A DNA stretch of 64,000 bases from Herbaspirillum sp. (GCF_035644555.1 NZ_DASQOH010000049.1:39839-103838); one strand, 5' to 3'. Shown: positions 18,121 through 28,448, numbered from the stretch's first letter. The notes: generated by a model from the letters alone, not told the origin. Translations and numbers: made by a program.

Positions 18121-19494
18121 TTAAACGCTACGCGACACCGATGCTGGCGACACGCCATTCGCACCGACACTGTTGGCACTGGCGCCCTGGCCGGCATGCC
18201 GGTAGCGCAGCATGAAGATGCCGATCGCCAGCGCCGCCACCAGGCCGGGGATGGCGAAGACCAGGAAGTTCATCTTCAGCGGCAGGGCTGCCGCCATCAG
18301 CGCACCGCCCAGCAAGGGGCCGACGATGGCGCCCGAGCGACCCACGCCCGAAGCCCAGCCCAGACCGGTGGAACGGATCGCCAGCGGGTAGAACTGCGCG
18401 GTGTTGGCATACAGCAGGATCTGCGTACCGATGGTGGTGGCGCCGGCCACGATGATGAGCAGGTACAGCACCGGCGTGGGGCTGTTGAAGCCCAGCAGCG
18501 CGATGGCCACGGTCCCCACGGCGAAGAAGCTGATCACCACCTTGGGCAGGGTGAAGCGATCGCCCAGCCAGCCACCGCCGATAGCACCGACCACGCCACC
18601 GAAGTTCAGGGCCAGCAGGAAGGACAGCGAGGAGCCCAGGCTATAACCGGCGCTGGCCATCAGCTTGGGCAGCCAGGAACCGAGTGCATACACCATCAGC
18701 AGGCAGCAGAAGAAGGACACCCAGATCATCAGCGTACCGACGCTGCGGTCCTGCTTGAACAGGTCCAGCATGGGTGCACCGGCGCCCTTGGCGTCGGCCT
18801 GGACCAGGTGGTCGCCGGTGGCGATGCTGCCTTGCGGGGCGATCCGCATAAGCATGGCGCGCGCCTGATCATGCTTGCCCTGGCGCAGCAGGAAGCCCAC
18901 CGATTCCGGCAGCTTCCACAGGATCAGCGGCAGCAGCACCAGCGGTACGGCGGCGGCGAAGAACATCGACTGCCAGCCGAAGTTGGGCAGCATCCAGATG
19001 CCCAGGCCGGCACACAGCACACCACCCAGCGAATAACCACTGAACATGATGGCCACCAGGGTGCTGCGCAGGCGCTTGGGTGCGTACTCGTTCATCAGCG
19101 CCACCGCATTGGGCATCAGGCCGCCGCAGCCCAGACCGGCCAGGAAGCGATACACGCCGAACTCGGTGGGCGAGGTGGAGAAGCCGCTCAGGAAGGTGGA
19201 GACGCTAAAGAGCACGAAGCTGATCGCCACGCCCTTCTTGCGACCGATGCGGTCGGCCAGCGGGCCGAAGATGAAGGCGCCGAACATCATGCCGAACAGG
19301 GCATAGCTGCCCAGTGCGCCGGCCTGCACCGGCGACAGGCTCCACTCCTTCATCAGCACCGGCAGCACGGCGCCGTAGATGAACAGGTCATAGCCGTCGA
19401 ACACCAGCAGCAATGCGCACAGGCACATCACCATCCAGTGGAATTTGGTAAAGCGCGCGCCGTCGATGATCTGGCTAACTTCCAGGGTCTTCAT
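18121..19494 (-). CDS. benK: MFS aromatic acid:H+ symporter (BenK/PcaK-like)
   Basis: 457 aa. MFS motif GPLADRIGRKKG lies after TM2. It sits inside the ben cluster. Confidence 0.85.
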   Translation of the reverse strand: MKTLEVSQIIDGARFTKFHWMVMCLCALLLVFDGYDLFIYGAVLPVLMKEWSLSPVQAGALGSYALFGMMFGAFIFGPLADRIGRKKGVAISFVLFSVSTFLSGFSTSPTEFGVYRFLAGLGCGGLMPNAVALMNEYAPKRLRSTLVAIMFSGYSLGGVLCAGLGIWMLPNFGWQSMFFAAAVPLVLLPLILWKLPESVGFLLRQGKHDQARAMLMRIAPQGSIATGDHLVQADAKGAGAPMLDLFKQDRSVGTLMIWVSFFCCLLMVYALGSWLPKLMASAGYSLGSSLSFLLALNFGGVVGAIGGGWLGDRFTLPKVVISFFAVGTVAIALLGFNSPTPVLYLLIIVAGATTIGTQILLYANTAQFYPLAIRSTGLGWASGVGRSGAIVGPLLGGALMAAALPLKMNFLVFAIPGLVAALAIGIFMLRYRHAGQGASANSVGANGVSPASVSRSV

Positions 19495-19540
19495 GGGTTT
19501 CTCCTCCGTCGTTTCGGTTGTAGTCCGTTGTTGTAGTTTC

Positions 19541-19981
19541 TTATGGTTGGGGTGCTGCGCTTGCCTGGTGTCTGGTCTCCGCGTCGTTGCGAAGATGCGC
19601 CACGGCCTTGATCTCCACGATGTAGCCGGGCGCGCCGCCCAGCATGTGGGCGCCGATGGCGGTCCAGGCCGGTAACGGATAACGCGTCAGGTAACGGTTG
19701 CGCACCTTGATGAACAGCGGCAGGTCGCGCATGTCGGTGTGGAAGCTGGTGAGGTCGACGATATCGTCCAGCGTGCCGCCGGCGGTCTCCAGCACCTGCT
19801 TGAGGTTTTCGAAGGCCTGCACGATCTGGGCTTCGCGTGGCTCGACCAGTTGCATGGCGTGGTTGCGGCCGATCTGGCCGGACACGTAAAGCGTGCTGCC
19901 CACCAGCACACCGGGGGCGTAACCGATCTTTTCGTAGACGTCTTCCATTCCCTTGGGAATGATGGCCTGGCGTTCTGGCAT
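19541..19981 (-). CDS. RidA/YjgF-family protein
   Basis: 146 aa with the YjgF/RidA pattern YAPGVLVGSTLYVSGQIG...IVDLTSFHTDM. Confidence 0.85.
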   Translation of the reverse strand: MPERQAIIPKGMEDVYEKIGYAPGVLVGSTLYVSGQIGRNHAMQLVEPREAQIVQAFENLKQVLETAGGTLDDIVDLTSFHTDMRDLPLFIKVRNRYLTRYPLPAWTAIGAHMLGGAPGYIVEIKAVAHLRNDAETRHQASAAPQP

Positions 19982-20003
19982 GGCGTAGCTCCGTATCGTT
20001 GGG

Positions 20004-20777
20004 TCAGCCGTTGTCGCCGCCGGCTACCGGCAATACGGCACCGGTGATGTAGCTGGCGTCATCGGAGGCGAGGAAGAGGATCGGGGCGATCTGCTCTTCC
20101 AGCGTGGCGTAGCGTTTGAAATAGGTGGAACCGGTGACCTGCTGCACGGCTTCCTGCATCCACGCCTGTTCGCGCGCGCTGTCGCCCTCTGCATTGCGCG
20201 GCACGCGGCGTGGTGGCGCCTGGGTGCCGCCGGGGGCGGCGGCGACCACGCGGATGCCCTGTTCGCCATACTCCATGGCCAGCGCGACGGTCAGGGCATT
20301 GACGCCGCCCTTGGCGGCCGAATACGGCACGCGGCGGATACCGCGGGTGGCATTGGAAGAAACATTGACGATGGTGCCGCCGCCCTGCCGCAACAGATGG
20401 GGCAGCACCGCATGGCAGCCATACAGGGCGGGCATGAGCGAGCGGCGGATTTCAGCGTCGATCTGGGACGGTTCGAATTCGGCGAAGGGTCGCATGCGGA
20501 TGGCGCCGCCTACGCCGTTGATCAGCACATCGATGCGGCCGAAGCGGGAAATGGCATGGGCCATCGCCGCCTGGGCGCCGTCATGGGTTTCCAGATCGGC
20601 GACAAAGCCTGCAGCGCGACCATCGGCGGCCTCGGCTGCCACCTCATGGACGAACTCGGCGCGGTCCACCAGCAGCACCCGGCCGCCCTCCGCGGCGATG
20701 CCCAGCGCCACGCCGCGCAGGATGCCCTGGGCGGCGCCGGTGACCACCACCACCTTGTCCTGGAAGCGGGCCTTCAT
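20004..20777 (-). CDS. benD: 1,6-dihydroxycyclohexa-2,4-diene-1-carboxylate dehydrogenase
   Basis: Start re-picked at MKARFQDKVVVVTGAAQGI (SDR Rossmann motif). It has the YSAAK catalytic motif and lies directly downstream of benABC. Confidence 0.9.
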   Translation of the reverse strand: MKARFQDKVVVVTGAAQGILRGVALGIAAEGGRVLLVDRAEFVHEVAAEAADGRAAGFVADLETHDGAQAAMAHAISRFGRIDVLINGVGGAIRMRPFAEFEPSQIDAEIRRSLMPALYGCHAVLPHLLRQGGGTIVNVSSNATRGIRRVPYSAAKGGVNALTVALAMEYGEQGIRVVAAAPGGTQAPPRRVPRNAEGDSAREQAWMQEAVQQVTGSTYFKRYATLEEQIAPILFLASDDASYITGAVLPVAGGDNG

Positions 20778-20788
20778 GGACGCGCCGC

Positions 20789-21820
20789 TCACGCCGCCAC
20801 CGCCACCGGGGTCGGCAGGCTGGTGACGAACTTCTCGTAGTAGAAGCTGGCCGGGCTGATGCCCTGGGCCTGGAAGTGCTTCTGCACCGCCTCCACCATC
20901 GGCGGCGGCCCGCACAGGTAGACATCCACCGCGCCATCGTGCAGCACCTCGGCCGGCATGTGCTGGGTCACGTAACCCTGGCGCGGATGGGCGGTGGCGG
21001 CATCGGCCACGCAGGTGGTGAAGCTGAAGCCGGGCAGGCGGCGGGCATAGTCTTCCAGGCGCTCCACCAGTACCAGATCCTGGTCGCGGGTGACGCCGTA
21101 GATCATGTGCACCGGCTGGTCGATGCCCTGGCGCAGCATCTCCTCCAGCATCGACAGGAAAGGCGCCAGCCCGGTACCGCCGGCCAGCATCAGCACCGGC
21201 CGGGTCACCGGTCGCAGGTAGAAGCTGCCCAGCGGCCCCGTCAGGTCGAGAGCATCACCCGGCTGGGCAGTAGCCAGCCAGCTGCTCATCAGGCCGCCCG
21301 GCACGTTCTTGATCAGGAAGCTCATGCGGGCAGCACCCGAGGCCGAACTGAAGGAGTAGGCGCGATGCTGGTCGCTGCCCGGTACGCCGATGTTGACGTA
21401 CTGTCCCGGCAGGAAAGCCGGTGCATCGGCCGCCACCTCCAGCACCAGCTCGAAGGCGGCGCCGGCAAACCCGGTCACCTGCGCCACCTTGCCGCCGAAG
21501 CGGGCGCTGCCTGTCTTGCAGGCGGTGGAGGCGACCGGTACGGCCACCACGCAATCCGACTGCGGCACCATCTGGCAGGTCAGCACCAGGCCGGCATCGG
21601 CCTCGTCGCTGCTCAGGGCATCGTCGATGTAGTCGTCACCCAGGTCGTAGCGACCGCTCTCGGCACGGCACTTGCAGGTGCCGCACACGCCATCGGAGCA
21701 ATCCATGGGCAGGTTGATGCGCTGGCGGAAGGCGGCGTCCAGGACTTTTTCCTTGGGGCCGCAATCGATGACGCGGGTCACGCCGTCTTCGAAGTTGAGG
21801 GCGATACGGTAGCTGCTCAT
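20789..21820 (-). CDS. benC: Benzoate 1,2-dioxygenase electron-transfer (ferredoxin-NADH reductase) component
   Basis: An N-terminal plant-type 2Fe-2S motif (CSDGVCGTCKC) followed by an FNR-like FAD/NAD domain (RAYSFSS, MLAGGTGLAP). Confidence 0.9.
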   Translation of the reverse strand: MSSYRIALNFEDGVTRVIDCGPKEKVLDAAFRQRINLPMDCSDGVCGTCKCRAESGRYDLGDDYIDDALSSDEADAGLVLTCQMVPQSDCVVAVPVASTACKTGSARFGGKVAQVTGFAGAAFELVLEVAADAPAFLPGQYVNIGVPGSDQHRAYSFSSASGAARMSFLIKNVPGGLMSSWLATAQPGDALDLTGPLGSFYLRPVTRPVLMLAGGTGLAPFLSMLEEMLRQGIDQPVHMIYGVTRDQDLVLVERLEDYARRLPGFSFTTCVADAATAHPRQGYVTQHMPAEVLHDGAVDVYLCGPPPMVEAVQKHFQAQGISPASFYYEKFVTSLPTPVAVAA

Positions 21821-21842
21821 TTGCTGTCTCCTGCCGCCGGTC

Positions 21843-22346
21843 TCAGACGTGATAGACGTCGATGACCTGGCGGATATAGTCGTTCTTCAGTGCGATCTTC
21901 TTGCGGGTGATGACGAAACCACCCGGGGTGCCCGCGCTCTTCCTGAGCGTGGCCAGCACCGTCCCGAAGAACTGGTCGGTGATCTTGTAGCGGTGCGACA
22001 GGGTGTGGAAGTTGTAGCGCACGTCCACGGCGTCATCCCGCTCGGCCAGGATTTCCACGTTGGCGATCATGTGGCTGGTGCGCGGCTCCGGCATGGAGGC
22101 GCTGGAACGCTCGGTCTTGATCCGGAACACGCGGTCTTCCAGGCCTTCCCGGTTGGCGTAGTACATCAGCGAGATTTCGCGCTGTGGGTCCTGGGTCATC
22201 TGGTCATCGTCATCCCAGGCCGGCATCCAGTACTCGACATCGGGAGCGTACAGTTCCAGCCAGGATTCCCATTCACGCTCGTCCAGGTGGCGTGCCTCGC
22301 GATAGAGGAAGGCGCATACCGCGCCCAGTTCGACGGTGCTGCTCAT
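21843..22346 (-). CDS. benB: Benzoate 1,2-dioxygenase small (beta) subunit
   Basis: 167 aa. Called a ring-hydroxylating dioxygenase beta subunit from size and position. It overlaps the benA stop by 4 nt. Confidence 0.9.
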   Translation of the reverse strand: MSSTVELGAVCAFLYREARHLDEREWESWLELYAPDVEYWMPAWDDDDQMTQDPQREISLMYYANREGLEDRVFRIKTERSSASMPEPRTSHMIANVEILAERDDAVDVRYNFHTLSHRYKITDQFFGTVLATLRKSAGTPGGFVITRKKIALKNDYIRQVIDVYHV

Positions 22347-23728
22347 GCTTGTGCTCCTTCCTGTGCCGCTTGCAGCGCGGAGCGCTCCTTGTCGACCGCC
22401 TTGCGCATCTGCTCGGTCCAGTAGTGGTGCTGGCAGACAAACAGGCCTTCATCCTCGCTGCGCTCACCGCTCAACTTGGGGTTCATGCCCATCTTGCGGG
22501 CGTTCTCGTCGGGGCCTTGCTTCCACAGCGGGGCGCCACGGCTCATGTCGTTCCAGCGCACGGTCGAACCGGCATAGCCAGCCTGGCAGGCACGGAATTC
22601 TTCCAGGTCATCGGCGGTACCCATGCCGGAGACATTGAAGAAATCTTCATACTGGCGAATGCGCAGCCGACGGTCTTCATCACTCTCGCCCTTGGGGCCG
22701 AAGCAGAAGATGCTGATCTCGGTCTTGTCCACGCTGATGGGACGGGCCACGCGGATCTGTGTGCCGAACTGGTCCATCAGAAACACGTTGGGATACAGGC
22801 ACAGGTTGCGGGTCTGGGCCACGATGGTGTCGGCGCGGGCCTGGCCGACGCGGGCGGCCAGTTCTTCGCGCTGGTTCCAGATCGGGCGCACTTCCGGGTT
22901 GAGGGTATTGGTCCACAACAGGATGTGGCCATTCTCGAAGCCATAGACGCCGGCCACCGCCTTGCTCCAGTTGTTGGCGTCGGTGGCCTTGGTGCCGCCT
23001 TCCTTGCGGCGGCCCATGGTAGCCGCGTAGTTCCAGTGGACGGTGCTGACGTGATAGCCGTCGCAGCCGTTTTCCATCTGCATCTTCCAGTTGCCGTCGT
23101 AGATGTAGCTGGAGTTGCCGCGCAGGACTTCCAGTCCGTTGGGCGCCTGGTCAACGATCTGGTCGATGATCACGCGGGTCTCGCCCAGGTACTCTTCCAG
23201 CGGCAGCACGTCCTCCGACAGGCTACCGAAGAGGAAGCCCCGATAGCTCTGGAAGCGTGCCACCCGGGTCAGGTCGTGCGAGCCGTCCTTGTTGAAGGAG
23301 ACCGGGTATTCGGTAGTCTTCTCGTCCTTCACCTTGAGCAGCTTGCCGCTGTTGCTGAAGGTCCAGCCGTGGAAGGGGCAGGTGAAGCTGCTCTTGTTGC
23401 CGTGCTTGCGACGGCACAGCATGGCACCCTTGTGGGCGCAGGCATTGATGACGGCGTTCAACTGGCCGGTCTTGTCGCGGGTGATGACCACCGGCTGACG
23501 ACCGATCCAGGTGGTGTAGTAGTCGTTGATCTCGGGGATCTGGCTCTCGTGGGCCAGATAGACCCAGTTCGATTCGAACAGGTGCTTCATCTCCAGCTCG
23601 AACAGCTCGGGGTTGGTGAAGATGTCACGACGGCAGCGGAAGATGCCATTGGCGGGGTCTTCCTGCAGGGCGCTGTCGAGCAGGCTGTCGACGGCTTGGT
23701 ACTTGTCAGCGGCGGCGAGGATGTTCAT
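22343..23728 (-). CDS. benA: Benzoate 1,2-dioxygenase large (alpha) subunit
   Basis: Rieske motif CAHKGAML...FTCPFHGW and a catalytic mononuclear-iron region ([11 protein letters not shown]). 461 aa. Confidence 0.95.
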   Translation of the reverse strand: MNILAAADKYQAVDSLLDSALQEDPANGIFRCRRDIFTNPELFELEMKHLFESNWVYLAHESQIPEINDYYTTWIGRQPVVITRDKTGQLNAVINACAHKGAMLCRRKHGNKSSFTCPFHGWTFSNSGKLLKVKDEKTTEYPVSFNKDGSHDLTRVARFQSYRGFLFGSLSEDVLPLEEYLGETRVIIDQIVDQAPNGLEVLRGNSSYIYDGNWKMQMENGCDGYHVSTVHWNYAATMGRRKEGGTKATDANNWSKAVAGVYGFENGHILLWTNTLNPEVRPIWNQREELAARVGQARADTIVAQTRNLCLYPNVFLMDQFGTQIRVARPISVDKTEISIFCFGPKGESDEDRRLRIRQYEDFFNVSGMGTADDLEEFRACQAGYAGSTVRWNDMSRGAPLWKQGPDENARKMGMNPKLSGERSEDEGLFVCQHHYWTEQMRKAVDKERSALQAAQEGAQA

Positions 23729-23814
23729 GGTGCGGTTTCTCCAGGGTACAAGCCGCCCCCCGCGATGGTGGCCATCGCGGCTTCACTGCGGCGGGGGGTG
23801 GACGAAGTGGCGCG

Positions 23815-24750
23815 TCAGGCAGCCAGACGCGGGCGATCGACGATCTGGTTGTCGGCGCCGTTGACCAGGGCGGTCAGCGAGATGTCGAAGACGATCTCGG
23901 CAAACGGTCCCTCCAGGCCTTCGGCCTTGATGCTGGCGGCATCGGTACGCTCGACCAGCGGCGGCACCAGGCCTTCGCGGGTGGCGTAGGCGAAGTCGTC
24001 ATAGATCAGCGGATCGCCTTCGATGTTGATCTGCGTGGTCAGCTTGCGATGACCTTCGGCGGTGACGAAGAAGTGGATGTGCGCCGGACGGTTGCCGTGA
24101 CGACCCAGTTCATTGAGCAGGCCCTGGGTGGGACCGGCGGGCGGGCAGCCGTAGGCAGCCGGCATGATGCTGCGGAATTTGTACCGACCCTGGGCGTCTG
24201 TGATGATGGTGCGACGCATGTTGAACGGCTTTTGCTCGCCGGTCGGGTCGAAGTGCGAATAGAAGCCCTTGGTATTGGCATGCCAGACTTCCACCTGCGC
24301 GCCCGGCAATGGTTTGCCGTGGGCATCGTAGACGGTGCCGTGCATGATGATGGTCTGGCCGGCCTGGTCACTGCCGTCATCCAGGCGGGCAAAGCCCTGC
24401 TCCACCGGTGCACCGGCGACGTAGAGCGGACCTTCGATGGTGCGCGGGGTGCCACCGGTGATGCCCAGGGCGGCGTCTTCGGCATCCATGCGCATGTCCA
24501 GGAAGCGGTCCAGGCCCAGGCCCGGCGACAGCAGGCCGGCCTCGCTGGAAGCGCCCAGGCGGTTGATGTAGGCCACGCCGGCCCAGTATTCGTCGGAGGT
24601 GATTTCCAGATCTTCGATGGTCTTGAACAGGTCCGAGAGGATGCGATGCACGATCTGCTTGGTGCGCGGGCTGCCGCCTTCGGTGTCCAGGCCGCTGGCC
24701 AGACGCAGGAAATCTTGTACTTCGGGGGTGCTGAAAATCTTGGCTGCCAT
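23815..24750 (-). CDS. catA: Catechol 1,2-dioxygenase
   Basis: 311 aa. The intradiol dioxygenase signature RTIEGPLYV...GRPAHIHFFV is present. Confidence 0.95.
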   Translation of the reverse strand: MAAKIFSTPEVQDFLRLASGLDTEGGSPRTKQIVHRILSDLFKTIEDLEITSDEYWAGVAYINRLGASSEAGLLSPGLGLDRFLDMRMDAEDAALGITGGTPRTIEGPLYVAGAPVEQGFARLDDGSDQAGQTIIMHGTVYDAHGKPLPGAQVEVWHANTKGFYSHFDPTGEQKPFNMRRTIITDAQGRYKFRSIMPAAYGCPPAGPTQGLLNELGRHGNRPAHIHFFVTAEGHRKLTTQINIEGDPLIYDDFAYATREGLVPPLVERTDAASIKAEGLEGPFAEIVFDISLTALVNGADNQIVDRPRLAA

Positions 24751-24800
24751 GGTTGAGTCTCCTATTGGATTTATCGATCGGGGAAAGTGATTTTTTTGTT

Positions 24801-26015
24801 TTATCCGACCAGTGCGGTCGGCCTCGCTGCTGTCACTGTGGTCACGGTAGCGCCTTGCCGGCGGTCGCGACGGAAGTATTGCACACGCTCTTCATCGAGC
24901 ACGATGCCAAGGCCGGGGCCTTGCGGAATGGCGAGGTGGAAGTCCTGGTACTGCAGGGGCGTGGCCAGGATTTCCTCGGTCAGCAGCAGCGGCCCGAACA
25001 GTTCGGTGCCCCACTGCAGTTCACGGAAGGTGGCGAAGGCGTGCGCCGAGGCGATGGTGCCGATGGCGCCCTCCAGCATGGTGCCGCCGTAGAGTTCGAT
25101 GCCGGCGGCGTCGCCGATGGCGGCCACCTGTTGGGCCGCGCGCAGGCCGCCGGATTGTTCGATCTTGATGGCAAAGACGTCGGCGCCGCCGATGCGCGCC
25201 AGGGCGAAGGCCGAGGCCGGACCGGTCAGCGATTCATCGGCCATCACCGCGATGGCATGCTTGCCCTTCAGGCGCGCCAGCGCCTGGGGCGAGGCCACCG
25301 GCTGCTCCACCAGTTCGCAGCCGGCATCGACCAGGCCGGCCAGGCCGCGCTGGGCTTCAAGTTCGCTCCAGGCCATGTTGACGTCCACCCGCACCGAACC
25401 GCGGTCACCAAGAGCCTTCTTGATGGCGGCCACGTGGGCGACGTCGGCGTCGACCTCGCGCCGGCCGATCTTGAGTTTGAAGATATTGTGGCGACGCTGG
25501 GCCAGCATGCGCTCGGCTTCGTCGATGTCCTTGGCGGTATCACCCGAGGCCAGGGTCCAGGCCACCGGCAGGCTGTCACGGGCCGGTCCGCCCAGCAGCT
25601 GCGAGACCGGCAGGCCGGTGCGCTGGCCCAGGGCATCGAACAGCGCGGTCTCGATGGCGCACTTGGCGAAGCGGTTGTCCTGGATGGCCTTGTTCAGGCG
25701 TGCCATCAGGGCCGGGATGGCGCTGGCGTTGGCCCCCAGCAGCAGGGGTGCGAAATAGGTATCGATGGCCAGCTTCATGCCCTCGGGCGACTCCGCGCCG
25801 TAGGCCAGGCCGCCGATGGTGGTGCCCTCGCCCACACCGACACTGCCGTCGGAGCAATACAGGCGTACCAGCATCAGGGTCTGCCCGTTCATGGTCGCCA
25901 TCGACAATTGATGGGGGCGGATGGTGGGCAGATCGACCAGGAAGGTCTCGACCCGCTCGATGCTCGCCGGGGCTGCCGCAGTATGAAGGTGTTGTTGGGT
26001 ATCCATGGCTTGCAT
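24801..26015 (-). CDS. catB: Muconate cycloisomerase
   Basis: Muconate-lactonizing enzyme pattern (VDLPTIRPHQLSMATM, FKLKIG, VRVDVNMAW, EQPV). The start at 26015 or 26006 is uncertain. Confidence 0.9.
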   Translation of the reverse strand: MQAMDTQQHLHTAAAPASIERVETFLVDLPTIRPHQLSMATMNGQTLMLVRLYCSDGSVGVGEGTTIGGLAYGAESPEGMKLAIDTYFAPLLLGANASAIPALMARLNKAIQDNRFAKCAIETALFDALGQRTGLPVSQLLGGPARDSLPVAWTLASGDTAKDIDEAERMLAQRRHNIFKLKIGRREVDADVAHVAAIKKALGDRGSVRVDVNMAWSELEAQRGLAGLVDAGCELVEQPVASPQALARLKGKHAIAVMADESLTGPASAFALARIGGADVFAIKIEQSGGLRAAQQVAAIGDAAGIELYGGTMLEGAIGTIASAHAFATFRELQWGTELFGPLLLTEEILATPLQYQDFHLAIPQGPGLGIVLDEERVQYFRRDRRQGATVTTVTAARPTALVG

Positions 26016-26064
26016 TGAACACCCGAAAGCCCTGCCATTGCCAACACCAAATACATCTAGTTTC

Positions 26065-26079
26065 ATACCTTTTTTATAT
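26065..26079. promoter_or_regulatory. Candidate CatR/BenM-type LysR recognition site (ATAC-N7-ATAT)
   Basis: ATACcttttttATAT lies in the 135-nt catB/catR divergent region and resembles the ATAC-N7-GTAT sites of CatR/BenM regulators. Confidence 0.35.
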
Positions 26080-26150
26080 AGTTTTGCAGTGCACCCAAAG
26101 AAATCAAAGAATTAGACATCTTTTGTTCCCGTGCGATATGATTTTTGACC

Positions 26151-27104
26151 ATGGACATCAGACAACTGAAATACTTCGTCGCCGTCGCCAATACGCGCAA
26201 TTTCACGCGGGCCTCGGAGCAGCTGCACATCGCGCAGCCGCCCTTGAGCCGCCAGATCCAGCTGCTGGAAGAAGAACTGGGTGTGCAGCTGCTCCTGCGC
26301 AACAGCCGCCCGCTGCGCCTGACCGAGGCCGGCCGGGTGTTCTACGAGCAGGCGCTGCAGATCCTCAACCGCCTGGAGCAGCTGAAGAACGCCACCCAGC
26401 AGATCGGCCTGAACCAGCGCCAGACGCTGTCGATCGGCTTCGTCGCCTCGACCCTCTACGGTGGCCTGCCGGTACTGGTGCGCAAGCTGCGCCAGCACTA
26501 CCCGGAGGTGGATATCCAGTTGGTGGAACTGACCTCGATGCAGCAGTTCGCGGCCCTCAAGTCGGGCCGCATCGACATCGGCTTCGGCCGCATCCGCAGC
26601 AACGACGCCACGGTGGCGCGCATCGTCCTGCGCGAGGAAAAGCTGGTGCTGGCGATCCCGCCCTCCTTCCCGCTGGCGGCCAGCCACCAGCGCGTGAGCC
26701 TGAAGGAAGTGCATGGCCAGAAGCTGATCGTCTATCCCAAGGAACCGCGGCCCAGCTTTGCCGACCACATCCTGAGCCTGCTCAACGACCAGGACATCCA
26801 TCCCGCCGAAGTGCATGAGGTGCGCGAAATCCAGACCGCCCTGGGCCTGGTGGCGGCGGAGTCGGGCCTGTGCCTGATCCCGGCCTCGGCGCGCCTGCGC
26901 AATGATCTGCATTACCGGCTGATCGACGACCCGCGTGCCACCTCGCCCATCATCCTGACCCACCGCATCAACGACAACGCCTGGTACATCGAGGCCGTCA
27001 AGCAACTGGTGGCGGACATGTACGCCGAGCGCCCGGCCTGGCTGGACATCGAGACCAGCTCCTTCCCGGCCACCGGCTTCCCCAATCCCGAGCGGCACGA
27101 GTGA
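26151..27104 (+). CDS. catR: LysR-family regulator of the cat/ben genes (CatR/BenM-like)
   Basis: It has the LysR HTH MDIRQLKYFVAVANTRNFTRASEQLHIAQPPLSRQIQLLEEELG and is divergent from catB. The track start at 26145 is a TTG. Confidence 0.9.
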   Translation: MDIRQLKYFVAVANTRNFTRASEQLHIAQPPLSRQIQLLEEELGVQLLLRNSRPLRLTEAGRVFYEQALQILNRLEQLKNATQQIGLNQRQTLSIGFVASTLYGGLPVLVRKLRQHYPEVDIQLVELTSMQQFAALKSGRIDIGFGRIRSNDATVARIVLREEKLVLAIPPSFPLAASHQRVSLKEVHGQKLIVYPKEPRPSFADHILSLLNDQDIHPAEVHEVREIQTALGLVAAESGLCLIPASARLRNDLHYRLIDDPRATSPIILTHRINDNAWYIEAVKQLVADMYAERPAWLDIETSSFPATGFPNPERHE

Positions 27105-27174
27105 GGGCTGCAGTGGTGCTGCTGAGGTACAGCTGCATGCGTGCTTCATTGATGCACTGCGCTGTCGTCCCAGG

Positions 27175-27204
27175 TTGACATCCTCACCGGCACACGCCTA
27201 CACT
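27175..27204 (+). promoter_or_regulatory. Candidate sigma70 promoter for catC-catD (TTGACA-N18-TACACT)
   Basis: TTGACA at 27175-27180 and TACACT at 27199-27204, about 100 nt upstream of catC. Confidence 0.4.
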
Positions 27205-27225
27205 CGGTTGTGCGAATAAAGGATT

Positions 27226-27246
27226 AATGTTCGTTAATCGAACATT
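27226..27246. promoter_or_regulatory. 8-5-8 perfect inverted repeat AATGTTCG-ttaat-CGAACATT (candidate operator)
   Basis: Read directly from the sequence. It lies between the candidate promoter and the catC RBS. Confidence 0.35.
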
Positions 27247-27307
27247 CCATCTGAGGCTTCAGCCCTCGCCCCCACCATAATCACAACGCGATAACGGAGA
27301 AAACATC

Positions 27308-27595
27308 ATGCTGTTCATGGTCCAAATGCAAGTCAACATCCCCGCCACCCTGGACAAGGCGGTCGCCGACCAGTTGAAGAAGGACGAGAAGGAGATGGCG
27401 CAGAAGCTGCAGCGCGAAGGCAAGTGGCGCGACCTGTGGCGTGTGGTGGGTCAGTATGCGAATGTGAGCATCTTCAATGTCTCGGGCAATGACGAGCTGC
27501 ACAACATCCTCTCGGCGCTGCCGCTGTATCCCTTCATGAGCATCTCGGTCACCCCGCTGACCCAGCACCCCTCGGCCATCGCACAGATCGGCTGA
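27308..27595 (+). CDS. catC: Muconolactone delta-isomerase
   Basis: 95 aa. MLFMVQMQVNIP...REGKWRDLWRV is characteristic of CatC. Confidence 0.95.
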   Translation: MLFMVQMQVNIPATLDKAVADQLKKDEKEMAQKLQREGKWRDLWRVVGQYANVSIFNVSGNDELHNILSALPLYPFMSISVTPLTQHPSAIAQIG

Positions 27596-27668
27596 GCCTC
27601 CCCCTTCCCTGCTGACCACCATCGCGCGCCCCCGGCCTGATGCCGGCCGGCGCGTCAAGGATTGATCC

Positions 27669-28448
27669 ATGCCATTCGCAACACTGAACGGAATCAAGCT
27701 GCACTATCAACTCGACGGCGACGCCTCGCTGCCGGTGCTGGTGTTTTCCAATTCGCTGGGAACCTCGCTGGCGATGTGGGAGCCGCAGATGGCCGAACTG
27801 AGCCAGCACTTCCGCGTGCTGCGCTACGACACCCGCGGCCACGGCCAGTCGGAGGTCACGCCCGGCCCCTATACCATCGCCCAGCTGGGGGCTGACGTCA
27901 TCGCCCTGCTGGACCATCTGCAGATCGCCCAGGCGCATTTCTGCGGCCTTTCCATGGGCGGCAGCACCTTCATGTGGCTGGCGGTGCATCATCCGGAGCG
28001 GGTCAGGAAACTCATCCTCAGCAATACCGGGGCCAAGATCGGCACCCCCGAGGCATGGAACAGCCGCATCGAGACCGTGCAGCGCGAAGGCCTGTCTGCC
28101 ATCGCGTCGGCCGTAGTGTCACGCTGGCTGACGCCGGAGTATGCGGCCCAGCATCCGCAGCAGGTGCAAGCCCTGACCACGATGCTGTTGGCGACCCCGG
28201 CCGAAGGCTATGCCGGCGCCTGCGCAGCGGTGCGAGACAACGACCTGCGCGCAGCCATCGCCGGCATCACTGCCCCGACCCTGGTGATCGCTGGCAGCGG
28301 CGATGTGCCCACCCCGCCGGCCGACGGACAATTCATGCGCGACACCATCCCGGGCGCGCTGTATGTGGAATTCGATGCCGCCCACATCTCCAACCAGCAG
28401 CAGCCCAAGGCCTTTACCCAGGCCGTGCTGCAGTTCCTGAGCTCATAA
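27669..28448 (+). CDS. pcaD: 3-oxoadipate enol-lactonase
   Basis: An alpha/beta hydrolase (VFSNSLGTSLAMWEPQ, nucleophile elbow GLSMGG). 259 aa, following catC. Confidence 0.9.
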   Translation: MPFATLNGIKLHYQLDGDASLPVLVFSNSLGTSLAMWEPQMAELSQHFRVLRYDTRGHGQSEVTPGPYTIAQLGADVIALLDHLQIAQAHFCGLSMGGSTFMWLAVHHPERVRKLILSNTGAKIGTPEAWNSRIETVQREGLSAIASAVVSRWLTPEYAAQHPQQVQALTTMLLATPAEGYAGACAAVRDNDLRAAIAGITAPTLVIAGSGDVPTPPADGQFMRDTIPGALYVEFDAAHISNQQQPKAFTQAVLQFLSS

